A stretch of DNA of 64,000 nucleotides, taken from contig NC_068984.1 of assembly GCF_001194135.2 (NCBI RefSeq), positions 133,801,496 to 133,865,495 on the forward strand. The letters run 5' to 3'. Positions 23,188 through 35,299 of this stretch are shown in pieces. This DNA comes from Octopus bimaculoides (taxonomy: Eukaryota). The stretch's first letter is position 1. Each line of letters starts with the position of its first letter. Under the pieces are notes generated by a model. That model did not search any database, was not told the DNA's origin, and was given only the letters and a program-made list of their open reading frames with translations. The translations under genes were made by a program, and so were the position numbers.

Positions 23188-23554
23188 NNNNNNNNNNNNN
23201 NNNNNNNNNNNNNNNNNNNNNNNNNNNNNNNNNNNNNNNNNNNNNNNNNNNNNNNNNNNNNNNNNNNNNNNNNNNNNNNNNNNNNNNNNNNNNNNNNNNN
23301 NNNNNNNNNNNNNNNNNNNNNNNNNNNNNNNNNNNNNNNNNNNNNNNNNNNNNNNNNNNNNNNNNNNNNNNNNNNNNNNNNNNNNNNNNNNNNNNNNNNN
23401 NNNNNNNNNNNNNNNNNNNNNNNNNNNNNNNNNNNNNNNNNNNNNNNNNNNNNNNNNNNNNNNNNNNNNNNNNNNNNNNNNNNNNNNNNNNNNNNNNNNN
23501 NNNNNNNNNNNNNNNNNNNNNNNNNNNNNNNNNNNNNNNNNNNNNNNNNNNNNN

Positions 23555-23780
23555 TAAGGACGTGATATGGATAGTATTATTGGACGCTCAGGAAAGGAAA
23601 GAGAGAGTGTATGACGTTTCGGGCGTAGCCCTTCGTCGGAAAGATGGAAAGTTCGGAGAATGGAAGAACGGAGAAAGAGGAAAATGGTACCGATGCCCAC
23701 GAGGTTACATTATGAAAAGACCGGAAGAGGAGGTGGTGGGGGAAAAGTTCTTTCTAAGACAGGAGAGTGAAAAAGGGAGA
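23555..23780 (-). mobile_element. Penelope-like pLTR-type repeat with hammerhead-like motif (23608-23645)
   Basis: Homologous to 27277-27530; minus strand CCGACGA-A-GGGC-tac-GCCC-GAAACGTC. Confidence 0.6.
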
Positions 23781-24140
23781 TGAATATCTGTGCGTGTGCG
23801 ACTCCAACGAGATATAACAAGATTGTGTAAATTGAATGTGAAAGCTAATTTCCATTTGCGGTCGGGGTCAGTCACACAGCAGGTCAGGTAACAGTGCGAA
23901 ATTTCAGATGCTATATCTCAATACAGTCATTCCATTGTTATTTTGTGAAAAACAAAGACATTAGAATGAGAAAATAGTAAGAGCTAGAATGTGCAGCTTG
24001 AAACAACTGACATTAATCTATATAAAGAAAAAAGAGACGTCACTTTATCTGGAGAATAACATTTCAAAAGTTTTGAGTTCTGTCTCGGATAAGCAGCGTA
24101 TTTGCTGGTGTATAAGACGTGCTTTTCATATCTATATATA

Positions 24141-24341
24141 CAGGGTTGGTCAAAAGTCACCTGATAGTAAATCACAGCCATTTAATTCCAAGATTAAAAC
24201 AAAATATTATTTTATATGAGACAGATGTTAACCTCATACCAAACGTTATTAAGCATTCATAGTTGGAACGAATAAATAAAATTGAATATTAAGTATTTAT
24301 AGAATTTTGATTTACTGTCGTGTGACTTTTGGCCAACCCTG
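24141..24341 (+). mobile_element. Tc1/mariner-type MITE
   Basis: TIRs CAGGGTTGGTCAAAAGTCAC / GTGACTTTTGGCCAACCCTG; TA on the left, CA on the right. Confidence 0.85.
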
Positions 24342-24469
24342 CATCTCAAAAAGTTTCCTTGCATCTAATGCGGCGGTGGTATGAACTGGAGACCGAGTGA
24401 CCTCAGCTGAGGAGCTGGGTAAGTGTCAGTCTGCTGGACGCAATACTTGTAGCTAATAATGGTTTCACC

Positions 24470-24612
24470 AAACCCAGTTCTTGACTGGTACTTATTTTAT
24501 CGATTATGAGAGGATAAAATGCAAAGTCGATCTCGGTGGAATTTGAATTTAGAACGTAAAGACGGACGAAATGTCACTAAGCAGTTTGTCCGGTATGCTA
24601 ACGGTTCTGCCA
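24470..24612 (-). mobile_element. Family M SINE, partial
   Basis: GGTACTTATTTTATCGA...GGATAAAATGCAAAGTCGA core. Confidence 0.65.
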
Positions 24613-25104
24613 AAGTCGGAATATCACAGACTTACAAAAATTAGTTACGGTACGTCAGTGGTTATGTAGGGCGGGCGTTATCATATTATACCCCCTTCCC
24701 CAGTAATATATAACTCATACCTGATATGTGTTATACGTTATGTAATGACTCTGTTGCCTTTAAGAAACATTTACAAATTATCTAAATGAAAACTTCTCCG
24801 AGAGAGATGACAGAAATGCCAAACTTTCGCCCGTCTATCAGCTATTTGCAATGAGTGAAAGACTACAAAAGTGTGGCGATGGTGTATCACTCTGGCGAGC
24901 GATCACAATAACACAAAGCATCATGGCTCAAAATATGAGTTTTACATCTTGTATGACAATTCTCTTCACCAAAATATAAACAACTATATAGTTGATCTTA
25001 AAGGAGATAAAATTCAAATACCGCGCTCATTCATCTTAGCTTTTATATATAATAAATTTATGGTTTTCAGTATACTGTCACAATATTTTATTTACATGCA
25101 GAGC

Positions 25105-25220
25105 AGCTGTCTGGCTTCCGTGCCGATGGCACGTAAATAGCACCATTTGAGCGTGATCGTTACCAACATCGCCTTCCTGGCACTTGTGCCAGTGGAAAGC
25201 ATGGAAAGCGAACGTTAGAC

Positions 25221-25262
<42 letters not shown>
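25105..25262 (+). mobile_element. 3' end of a retroelement with (GAT)n tail
   Basis: ...AGCATGGAAAGCGAACGTTAGACGATGATGAT; the same tail occurs reversed at ~52223-52335. Confidence 0.5.
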
Positions 25263-25263
<1 letters not shown>

Positions 25264-26074
25264 CAGAGAATCATGCATTTTCCATTACGAAACCACTTTA
25301 AAATATATTTCAATACGTATAAAATAGGGGAGCATTTTATGCGCCTGAAAATACAGTATTTAGTTCTCATATTTTGTATTCATCTGATGATAGAAGAGAA
25401 AAGCAACTGCATTACTCATTGTCTCACAGGCTATAATTTAAATTCATTATCCCCATCCCAAAGCATTTGTTAAGAAGTGATATTATTTCAGAATTAGAGC
25501 TTGGATTAGGGCTAAAGTCACAGTTTTTAGATTAGAAAAAAAGGCAAAGTTAAGAGAAAAGGTTAATATTAAGATCTGAAAATTTCTTCCTAGACACAAT
25601 TGTTATTTGTTTCAAGGTTGAAGAATTCCCCTTTTCACGAATAGATTACACGTTTCAGTTCTCTAACTCTAGTATCCGCGTACTCGCCGTTATCACATTC
25701 TAAGAACGCAAACAAGAAAGAAGGAAGGTTAATCTTTGTAATTAAAGAGAGTTTACAAAGCTGTCGACATTCTAGAAGACCTGAATATGCTTCAGAATAT
25801 CTTCATCACTCATCTTTTGTGACCTATTATTTAAACATCTTCAGTGAAATTATGAACAGACTCCATCGTTTTCTTTGTCACATTATCATGCAGTATAACG
25901 ATCCATTGCTTCATATAATTTGCTTTCACAGAAATTGAAATTCTGATCTGAATCTTCTTGATCTGCTTCGTCCAGTTTGTCTCCTGCTAAAATGCTTCTC
26001 AGTATTATGTTACGCATTCTTTAGTTTGCACTCTAGATCTATAATCGCTACAAATAGCTCTGAAGTAAGGCCCT

Positions 26075-26870
26075 GATTTGAATTTACTGCCATCCAAAAC
26101 ACTTCAAAACCAATTTACCATTTAATCTGGCACGAAGAATATTTTCAATCGTTTAAAATTTGGAAAGGAAGAACAAAAGACTCCAAGAATTAAAGCAAAT
26201 ACTACTTAATGTAAAATGCTCAACAACGTGCCAAAGCAATGGACATTAAAAAATCACAAAGAACAAAAAACAAGACAAAGCAAAACAAAAAAACAAAACA
26301 ATCTCAATACACCAAATGCTCTACGTTACGTAAGAACAATACACAACTTAAGAGATACAGAAACATACAATATTATCCATCATAATATCCCCTTATTGAA
26401 GCAAAACCCAAGGATAAGAGATGCATTCAAAATATTCTAAATAATTAAAAACAAAAGTCACCCAAAATCTCTTAAGAAATTACTGACCAGCACCAAATTG
26501 TCTTTCAAAAATACAACTGCTGTAATAATCAAGAAGTGTAGTCGCCTCCAACTGCAAAATCTTCATCTATTTTATAGAAGACACAACCTATAAATTCAAA
26601 TCAAGACATATCTTCACTGTAAAAAATTACTTCATCTGTTCATCAAAAAAATTTAACTTATGCTATTAAGTGTATAAGTTGTAATGATGATTACATAGGA
26701 CAAACAAAACGGTGTTTAAGAACCAGACTCACAATTCATAGGCAACAAACAAGAGATGATAACGCTATACAGATGCCTCTGAGTAAACACTTAAGCATAT
26801 GTGCAACAAACAACATCCCGAAATTCTTAGTCTTTCAACTTCGTCTATGTTCTAATAAATACGGTTAAGT
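26075..26870 (+). mobile_element. Penelope-like element remnant: RT C-terminus plus GIY-YIG endonuclease
   Basis: YCHPKHFKTNLPFNLARRIFSIV and NLTYAIKCISCNDDYIGQTKRCLRTRLTIH; stops and frameshifts. Confidence 0.85.
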
Positions 26871-27276
26871 AAAATATGTTTATTAAAAGACATTAAACCA
26901 CAATTTAATATACTATAGAAACATATTGTACGGACACATAACAGTTCCCTAACTAAAATTTGGAACCGTAACGCACTCTTTGGAAGTCTTCAATAAAATC
27001 ATTGACAAAACAAAAAAAAAACAAAAACCCAAAAAGAACAAATAAAACACAAACAAAAAACAAACCAAACCAAAACAAAACAAACACTGGAATTTCCAAA
27101 ATAAATATTGATGTCATCAAAAGATTAACAAATAGCTTGCTTTGGACAGAATAGCTAACGAACCACATTTGACGTCAGCATGATAATGCTAAAAATCTGA
27201 AAGCGTAATACTTGTGAAACAGGATAACTTATTGTATATAATTTTTTCATAAAGCAAATTTTCTTAAATTGTCAAG

Positions 27277-27530
27277 TGATGGTGGGGGGACAAACACACA
27301 TCGTGGACATCGGTGGTGATTTTTTCTTCCTCCGTTTTTTTTTCTTCCTCCGTTTTTTTTTCTTCCTCTGTTTTTTTTCTTCCGCCGTTTTTCCCTTCCT
27401 TGGACTTTCCTTGTTTCCGACGAAGAGCTCCGCTCGAAACGTCATACTCTCTCTCTCTTTCCTTTCCCGAGCGTCTAGTAACACAATCTGTATCACGTCC
27501 TCACGTTGTTGTTTTTTGTCTTTTTCCTTT
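27277..27530 (+). mobile_element. Penelope-like pLTR-type repeat with hammerhead-like motif (27412-27450)
   Basis: CCGACGA-A-GAGC-tcc-GCTC-GAAACGTC; ~400 bp downstream of, and co-oriented with, the GIY-YIG remnant. Confidence 0.6.
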
Positions 27531-27542
27531 TTTTGAACTTAT

Positions 27543-27712
27543 ACGACGGGCTTCTTTCAGTTTCCGTCTACCAAATCCACTCACAAGGCTTTGGTTGGTC
27601 CGAGGCTATAGTAGAAGACACTTGCCCAAGGTGCCACGCAGTGGGACTGAACCCGGAACCATGTGGTTAGTAAGCAAGCTGCTTACCACACAACCACTCC
27701 TGCGCCTATTGT
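27543..27712 (-). mobile_element. Family C SINE, 5' part
   Basis: AGAAGACACTTGCCCAAGGTGCCACGCAGTGGGACTGAACCCGGAACCATGTGG. Confidence 0.85.
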
Positions 27713-27857
27713 TGATTTCNNNNNNNNNNNNNNNNNNNNNNNNNNNNNNNNNNNNNNNNNNNNNNNNNNNNNNNNNNNNNNNNNNNNNNNNNNNNNNNNN
27801 NNNNNNNNNNNNNNNNNNNNNNNNNNNNNNNNNNNNNNNNNNNNNNNNNNNNNNNNN

Positions 27858-28198
27858 GAAAGGATGAAGAGCAAAGTCGATGTTGGGCGAAATTTCAATT
27901 TGAACTCAGAAAGTAAAGATGATCGAAACGCCGCTAAACATTTTGCGCGGTGTGCTAACGATTCTTATTTCTTTATTGCCCCCAAGGGGCTAAACATAGA
28001 GGGGACAAACAAGGACAGACAAAGCGATTAAGTCGATTACATCGACCCCAGTGCGTAACTGGTGCTTAATTTATCGACCCCGAAAGGATGAAAGGCAAAG
28101 TCGACCTCGGCGGAATTTGAACTCAGAACGTAACGGCAGACGAAATACCGCTAAACATTTCGCCCAGCGTGCTAACGATTCTGCCAGCTCAACGCCTT
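27858..28198 (-). mobile_element. Family M SINE dimer
   Basis: Two tandem units, core conserved. Confidence 0.8.
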
Positions 28199-28244
28199 GA
28201 TTATTTTACTTAGATTGCTCGACGGCTCTTTACTCAATTGACAT

Positions 28245-28500
28245 TGTCTATACTTATCTCACATCCATACGAGTAGAGTCTTCTTTCTTGTGCAATGCAT
28301 CTGACTTCTCGTACACCTCTCTTCTCATTTGTTCTTCGTTCATGCACGCTAACATCAACACACCCAATGGATCTTGCTCGCCTCATTTCTTTTCTTCCAT
28401 CACACATCCTTTGCATTTAATGTTCCTGTTTCGTTACCAAGCAACATTATAACTTCGCACGTAAGCTTCATACAATCTGCTGCCTTTCATTCGGACAGAA
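28245..28500 (-). mobile_element. RTE-clade LINE 3' ORF remnant
   Basis: Minus-strand peptides GSRLYEAYVRS and DVSVHERRTNEK...RCIAQERRL resemble the RTE C-terminus. Confidence 0.55.
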
Positions 28501-28523
28501 TCTTTTATCTTGTAGTAGTAGTG

Positions 28524-28641
28524 CTTCTTCTTCTTCTTCTCCTCCTCCTCCTCCTCCTCCTCCTCCTCCTTCTTCTTCTTCTTCTTCTTCTTCTTCTTCT
28601 TCTTCTTCTTCTTCTTCTTCTTCTTCTTCTTCTTCTTCTTC
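28524..28641. repeat. (CTT)n/(CCT)n compound microsatellite
   Basis: Direct reading. Confidence 0.95.
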
Positions 28642-29381
28642 AATCCCAAGCCACTCCTCCTGGTTGATCGGATTTACGATAAAACAAGTTGTGGCCATTC
28701 CGTGATTTTTTGTTGAACTAAGACGCTGACCAATGCACCGTTCTTTTTTAAGATAGTAAAAACGTATTTGAGAGAAATTTGGCAGCTGTTTTTTTTTTGC
28801 AGGTCGCACGACCATGTAAAGCAGGTAAAGCTACACTAGAAACCACTAAAAGCATGCAATGAAGTAGAATATAGTAAATGCAGGATATTTAGAGACGGGG
28901 AAGAAACTGTTTGCTGTATTGTTCCTGGCTGCGTTATCTTAGCCAAAAGAGAATATATTTACAGGCACGACAGAATTGGATATACATATACTCGACATTA
29001 CGACAATAATATGAAATACCAAGAGAAAGAGGTGCTATTAACACATCAGAAAAGGTTTTAGAGAATGACAAAGCAGCCATGCGATGCATATGCCAAAGCA
29101 CACACAGAGCAAAGTTAATCGATTAGATATTTTTGTAAAAGACCATCAGTAAAGAAAGTACTTTGTAATTGATATATCATTTTCAATAGATATCTCTAAA
29201 AGAAATGGAGAAAATTATACAAACAATAATATGTAGAAATAATAACCCGAACGTGGGAACTAAAAACAGAAATGGTCTCAATAACAATAATAGGTTCTTT
29301 GGGAACGATAAAAGGACAACAAATCATACGCAGACCCCAAGATAACAAAACTTCCAGTCTTTACAAATATACACAACGTAT

Positions 29382-30093
29382 GAGGTGTTTAGTAACAGAC
29401 CGTCGTAAGCGCCACAACTTTAAGACCGAGAAAAACGCAGTCAAAGTTTTGTGACTTTCAGAATGCGATATCTCAGCAAGGAATGAATTTAGGAAGTTGA
29501 TTTTGTTTTTAAAATGACTGTGAAAACCTCTTCTAATCATTCCATCTACGTAAAATTATTTATTTATGTATGCATCTGAAAGATGAAACAATGACTGCGT
29601 CTTTCTCATTTTGTAAAATATGCTGGTACTACAAAACGGTGTATCGCATTGCATATTTTAGCCATAAAATCTAGAAAAAACATACAGAGACCCCTGCAAA
29701 GGTATTGTTTGTGTTTTAATACACCGAGGTAAGTATCTTTAAGAGGTAAGACAAGATAATAAGATAATAGTCCATTATCGTTACGATGGTAACAAGGAAT
29801 ATCGGAAAATGAGCCATAACAGCTCGAAAAACTATACAAGGACCATACCAAAGTTATTGATTGAGCGTGTGTGCTTACAATGGTGCTTTACTAAACTCTC
29901 TGGTCCGAGTTTGAATGAACGAGCGTCGTGTCAATAGCGTCGAGGTACAATTTTTTTCAGTCGGATTTTCGACCTTATTGTAAGCCTCACTGTTTCTCTT
30001 CCTAACTTTTTCAGATTCTAAACGTCGAAAATGATATACTAACCTCGAAAATGGCTGGGGTGGCGCTTTCGACACTCTATTACTAAACGCCTC
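29382..30093. mobile_element. ~710-bp MITE-like element with GAG termini (Sola-like?)
   Basis: ~34-bp imperfect TIR GAGGTGTTTAGTAACAGA..GTCG.AAGCGCCAC; flanks GTAT / ATAT (possible 4-bp TSD, 3 of 4 match). Confidence 0.6.
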
Positions 30094-30229
30094 ATATAAA
30101 ATAGCCGTATTAGTCATTACTCACATATTACATTAAAAAAAACAACAACAAAAAAAAGACCCAGTTAACTACACATTCAAAAGGGACTTAAAACTGCGCT
30201 GGGTAATGCACGCGATAAAAATAAGACTA

Positions 30230-30673
30230 TTGAATAATAATAATAATAATAATGATAATAATGATAATAATAATAATCCTTTCTGCTATAGGCATAAGGG
30301 AAGTGTGCTAATAGATTACATCGACCTCGAAAGGCTGGAAAGCTAAGTAGGCCTCGGGGAAGTTAGAACCCGAACGGAAGAAATGCCGCTACGCATTTTG
30401 ACCGGCGTGCTAACGTTTCTGTTAGCGATAATAATAATAATGGTTTCAAATTTTGGCACAAGGCCAGCAATTTATGGGGGTGGGGTTAAGACTATTACAT
30501 CGACCCAACTGTTCGAGTGGTATTTATTTTTATCGATCTCGAAAGGGATAAAAGGCAAAATCGACCTCGGCGGAATTTGAACTAAGAACGTAGCGACGTG
30601 CGAAATACTGCTAAGCATTTCACCAGGCGCGCTAACGATTCTGCCAGCTCGCTGCCTTAATGATGATGATGAT

Positions 30674-30706
<33 letters not shown>

Positions 30707-30997
30707 TATTATTATTATTATTATTATTATGGTTTCAAATTTTGCCACAAGGGCAGCCATTTTGGGGGAGGGGATTAATCGATTAAATCGACCCCAGTGT
30801 TTACCTGTTACTTAATTTATCGATCCCAAAAGGATAAAAGGCAAAGTCGACCTCGGGGGAATTTGAACTCAGAACTTGAAGACAGACGAAATACCGCTAA
30901 GCATTTCACCCGGCGTGCTAAAGATTCTGCCAGCTCGCCGCCTTAATAATAATAATAATAATAATAATGATGATAATAATAATAAAAATAATAATAA
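30230..30997 (-). mobile_element. (AAT)n/(ATT)n/(GAT)n array hosting three family M SINEs
   Basis: SINE copies at ~30280-30430, 30441-30658 and 30731-30943, each bounded by trinucleotide runs. Confidence 0.8.
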
Positions 30998-31866
30998 CTA
31001 GAACAGCAACGGACCATGATAAAACGATGGCAAGAAAAGCCCCTACATGGTAAATACTGGGCTAAACTAAATGCGAAAGAAATAGACAGAGAAAAATCCC
31101 AGCAATGGCTGAGAAACTCAGGACTCAAAGCAGAGACTGAAGGATTTTTAATTGCTGCACAAGACCAGAGCCTCCCCACCAGAAATTACCAAANNNNNNN
31201 NNNNNNNNNNNNNNNNNNNNNNNNNNNNNNNNNNNNNNNNNNNNNNNNNNNNNNNNNNNNNNNNNNNNNNNNNNNNNNNNNNNNNNNNNNNNNNNNNNNN
31301 NNNNNNNNNNNNNNNNNNNNNNNNNNNNNNNNNNNNNNNNNNNNNNNNNNNNNNNNNNNNNNNNNNNNNNNNNNNNNNNNNNNNNNNNNNNNNNNNNNNN
31401 NNNNNNNNNNNNNNNNNNNNNNNNNNNNNNNNNNNNNNNNNNNNNNNNNNNNNNNNNNNNNNNNNNNNNNNNNNNNNNNNNNNNNNNNNNNNNNNNNNNN
31501 NNNNNNNNNNNNNNNNNNNNNNNNNNNNNNNNNNAAAAGAAATGGAAAAACTTTCAAAATACAAAGACCTGGAAATAGAGATAACTCGAATGTGGAATCT
31601 AAAAACAGAAACAATTCCTATCATAGTAGGTGCCTTAGGTATAATAAAAAAATATTCAGACAAATACATAACAAAAATACCAGGACTTACAAATATATAT
31701 AACATACAGAAAATTGCACTACTGGGTACTGCACACATTCTACGCAAAACACTTTCAATACAGTAAACATAAGAGCACCACAGCAAACCACAGCACATAC
31801 CCAAGGCGCACAGAGCTGCGCTCGGTAGTGAAGTGAAAGCACGTTATAAAAATAAAACTACTGAAC
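30998..31866 (+). mobile_element. 5'-truncated R4/Dong-clade non-LTR retrotransposon (copy 1)
   Basis: WQEKPLHGKY...QWL...LKAETEGFLIAAQDQSL before the gap; EKLSKYKDL...IPIIVGALG...LQ-like IQKIALLGTAHILRK* after it; (AAT)n on both sides. Confidence 0.85.
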
Positions 31867-31906
<40 letters not shown>

Positions 31907-31966
31907 GTAGTAGTAGTAATTGTAGTTGTAGTTGTAGTAGTAGTAGTAGTAATAATAATAATAATA

Positions 31967-33370
31967 AAACTATTCACAAAAAATGAGGCAGAATTGGACA
32001 GCCTAGTCCAGTTTGTGCGGACTTTTTCCAATGATATTAAGATGGAGTTTGGACTCTCAAAATGTGATACGATGGTGATGAGACAAGGAAAGCTTGCCAA
32101 GACAGAAAGCTTATGGTTGCGAAGTTGTGAAATGATGAAGGCAATTCAACATCAATCCAGCTATAAATACCTGGGAATATTTCAAATACCGCAACATGAA
32201 GGAAAAAACTAAAATAGAGTACCTGCGGCGAGTGAGAAAAATATTGGTTTCAAAGCTGAATGCCAGAAACATAATTTCGGCAATAAACTCGCACGCAGTC
32301 GCAGTAGTTCGCTATGGCGCTGGAATCCTGAAGTGGACAGAGGAAGAGCTAGAGGAGATAGACAGGAAGTCAAGAAAGCTCCTAACGATGCATGGAGCCC
32401 ATCATCCACGCGCAGACACTGATCGCCTATACATGAAGAGAGCAACTGGAGGAAGAGGACTGATAAGTGTGGAAGACTGCGTACGTATCGAACGCGAGAG
32501 CTTAATGAGATACCTAGCCCAAAGTAGGGATACCTTGCTAGCGACAGTTAAGAAGGATGGAGTATTGAGAGCAGAGAAAAAAGGGAAAAACAAAGGAAGA
32601 AATACAAAAAGGACACGAAGAAGAATTACGCAAGAAGGGATTTCACAATATTCCATGTAGCCACAACAGAAGTTGCTGGAAAATATAGGTGGTATTGGCT
32701 GATGAAAGGAACCCTAGAAAAAGAGACCGAGAGTACTATACTGGCAGCGCAGGGCCAAGCGTTGGCCACGAACTGGAGGATCAGCATGAGGAATGAACTA
32801 GTGCCGCATCTGCAATAGTATGGATGAAACCATTGGCCATATCACGAACGAATGCTCTAGACTTGCCCAAAACCACTACAAGTTGTGGCGACACGACCAG
32901 GTAGCGAAAGCGTTACATTGGAAACTGCGAAAAGTGGGGGCTAGAGAGAAGCGAGACGTTGTATGAACACAAACCGCAGTGAGTGGCAGAGTCGGAAACT
33001 AGCAAAATCCTCTGGGATTTCCCTATCCAAACAGTTCAGATGCTAGAGCATAACGGACCAGATCTAGTGGCGATGGACAAGGTGCACCACATATGTTATA
33101 TAGTTGATGTTGCATGCCCCTTTAACTCACGAATAGTCAAGAAGGAAAGCGAAAAGATAGATAGATAGGTACGACCCTCTTAAGTACAGAAGAGCCCGGC
33201 TATGGAAAATGAAGACGGTGAAGATCGTGCCAATTATTACTGGGTCCTTGGGAACAATATCAGAAGGCATTGAGGGGAATATAAAGGAAATTGGAATAGA
33301 GTGCCCAGTAGAACTGTTACAAAAGGTTTGCCTCCTTGGCACGGTCAGAATAATCAGGAAAGTATTAGAT
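31967..33370 (+). mobile_element. 5'-truncated, frameshifted R4/Dong-clade element (copy 2, different family)
   Basis: KLFTKNEAELDSLVQFVRTFSNDIKMEFGLSKC; HPRADTDRLYMKRATGGRGL; zinc knuckle CRICNSMDETIGHITNEC; RLE motif LWDFPIQT...PDLV...IVDVACP. Confidence 0.9.
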
Positions 33371-33451
33371 AGCTTTATTTTCTGCAAACAAAATGCACAA
33401 AAAAGCCACACGTTTGCATTATGTTATAAATACAATAATAATAAAGGACGT

Positions 33452-33618
33452 TACCGTATATATGTTTACAAATCAAGGACGTTATATAGACCTCCTTGAC
33501 TCAAGTTAAAGAAGGGGTGCGTATTATACACAAGGTTTAGGTTTTTCAGAGGTACAGCTCCCTAAAAATCCCCTGCGTATTATACTCAAGGGCAGACTAT
33601 ACTCGAGGATTTACAGTA
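33452..33618. mobile_element. Small Tc2/pogo-like MITE remnant
   Basis: TACCGTATA... left end and ...TATACTCGAGGATTTACAGTA right end. Confidence 0.45.
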
Positions 33619-34147
33619 GGCACAACAATATTCCCGTGAAACAACAGAATAGAATATTAATTTCTATAATTTGCACAGGGATGTCGAATGAAAGGACATC
33701 ACAAGACCAGTTACATCATCGTCATGCATCGTACGCTTTACTGAGCATTGATGACACTGCAACGAAAGTCCTTTCGATTAAGCGCAAGTTCTCCCATCGA
33801 ACGAAGCCGTAGCATTACTTTGTTCTGACTTGCTCATAGTGTTTTCTTGGTAGAGATACTGGGGTGGTTCGCCGTTGCCTTCCCCAACTGGATGACAGTT
33901 GGTCCACAAGGAGCTCATCCGCCCTTTAACAGGTCCTGTTTCCATTCCTGCTGGGTGTCCAGAAACCCTCCTCACAAAAGTATCATGCTGCTCTAGTGAA
34001 GGAGCTAGCTCGACCACTTGACTGTGGGATATATTGCACTGGTTTACATGGTTCCAGTAGCAGGTCTCATCAGCGCGTGATGAGTTCCCTGTCCTGATTC
34101 AAACCGGTTACGTAGCATATAGATAGTTTCTGTCTTAACCAAAATGC

Positions 34148-34306
34148 GCGAGCATGGGTGTGAGGTTAGAAAGCTTGCTTTGCAACCATGTTGTTTCGGG
34201 TTCATTCCTACTGCGCGGGACCTTGCACAAGTGGCTTCTGATATAGCTCCGGGCCGATTGATGCCTTGTGAGTAAATTTTGTAGACGGAAATTGTGTGGA
34301 AGCCTA

Positions 34307-34361
<55 letters not shown>

Positions 34362-34600
34362 CGTGTGTGTCTATGTATATATATATGTATGTGTGTGTCT
34401 GTCTTTGTGTTTTTTATAGCCTCACCACTTGGCAACCGGTGTTGGTTTGTTTACGACCCTTTAACTGAGCGGTTCAGCAAAAGATCCTGATAGAATAAGT
34501 ACGAGGCTCTAAAAAAATTAAAATAAAATAAAAATAAGTACTAGGGTCGACTTGTTTGACTAAACCCGTAAAGGCGGTGCCCCAGCATGGCCGCAGTCCA
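34148..34600 (+). mobile_element. Family C SINE with internal (TG)n
   Basis: Head, internal (TG)n and tail all present. Confidence 0.75.
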
Positions 34601-34819
34601 TATAAAAAGAAAAGGTAATGTAACAGATTTTGCAAAGCTATGGTAGAATTGATTAAATTGACCTCAAAGGAGGTAGGTAAAAACTGTAAAGTATTCTCCA
34701 ATGCTCTACCGAGCCCAAAGAAAAAAATACCAATAAATAAATAAATAAATAATAACAAACAATATCTCTATACTTCAATGGAATTTTTTCACAAAAGAAA
34801 ATATAAGGAAGATAGACAG

Positions 34820-34982
34820 AGAGTGGCTGTGTGGTAAATAGCTTGCTTACCAACCTCATGGTTCCGGGTTCAGTCCCACTGCGTGACACCTTGGGCAAGT
34901 ATCTTCTACTACAGCCTCAGGCTGACCAAAGCCTTGTGAGTGAATTTGATAGACGGAAACTGAAAGAAGCCCAAATTTCTTA

Positions 34983-35017
<35 letters not shown>

Positions 35018-35240
35018 ATGTTTGTGCGTCTGTGTTTGTCACCCCAACATCGTTTGACAACCGATGCTGGTGTGCTTACGTCCCCGTAGCTTAGCGGTTC
35101 GGCAAAAGTGGCCGATAGAATAAGTACTAGGCTTACAAAGAATAAGTCCCGGGGTGGGGGTGGGGGTCAATTTGCTCGCCTGAAGGCGGTGCTCCAGCAT
35201 GGCCACAGTGAAATGACTGAAACAAGTAAAAGGGTAAAAG
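34820..35240 (+). mobile_element. Family C SINE, full length
   Basis: GAGTGGCTGTGTGGTAA...CCTTGGGCAAGT...(TG)n...CCAGCATGGCCACAG...GAAACAAGTAAAAG. Confidence 0.85.
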
Positions 35241-35299
35241 AGTAAAAAGAGAGAAAAAGCAGAAAATTTGTTTCTGCTTCCTCCTAGAAGAATTTCAAG

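Noticed and set aside
33985-34085. CTGATGA-GACC...GGTC-GAG on the minus strand as a hammerhead
   Set aside because: It lacks GAAA and a stem III; the region looks more like a retroelement 5' UTR.
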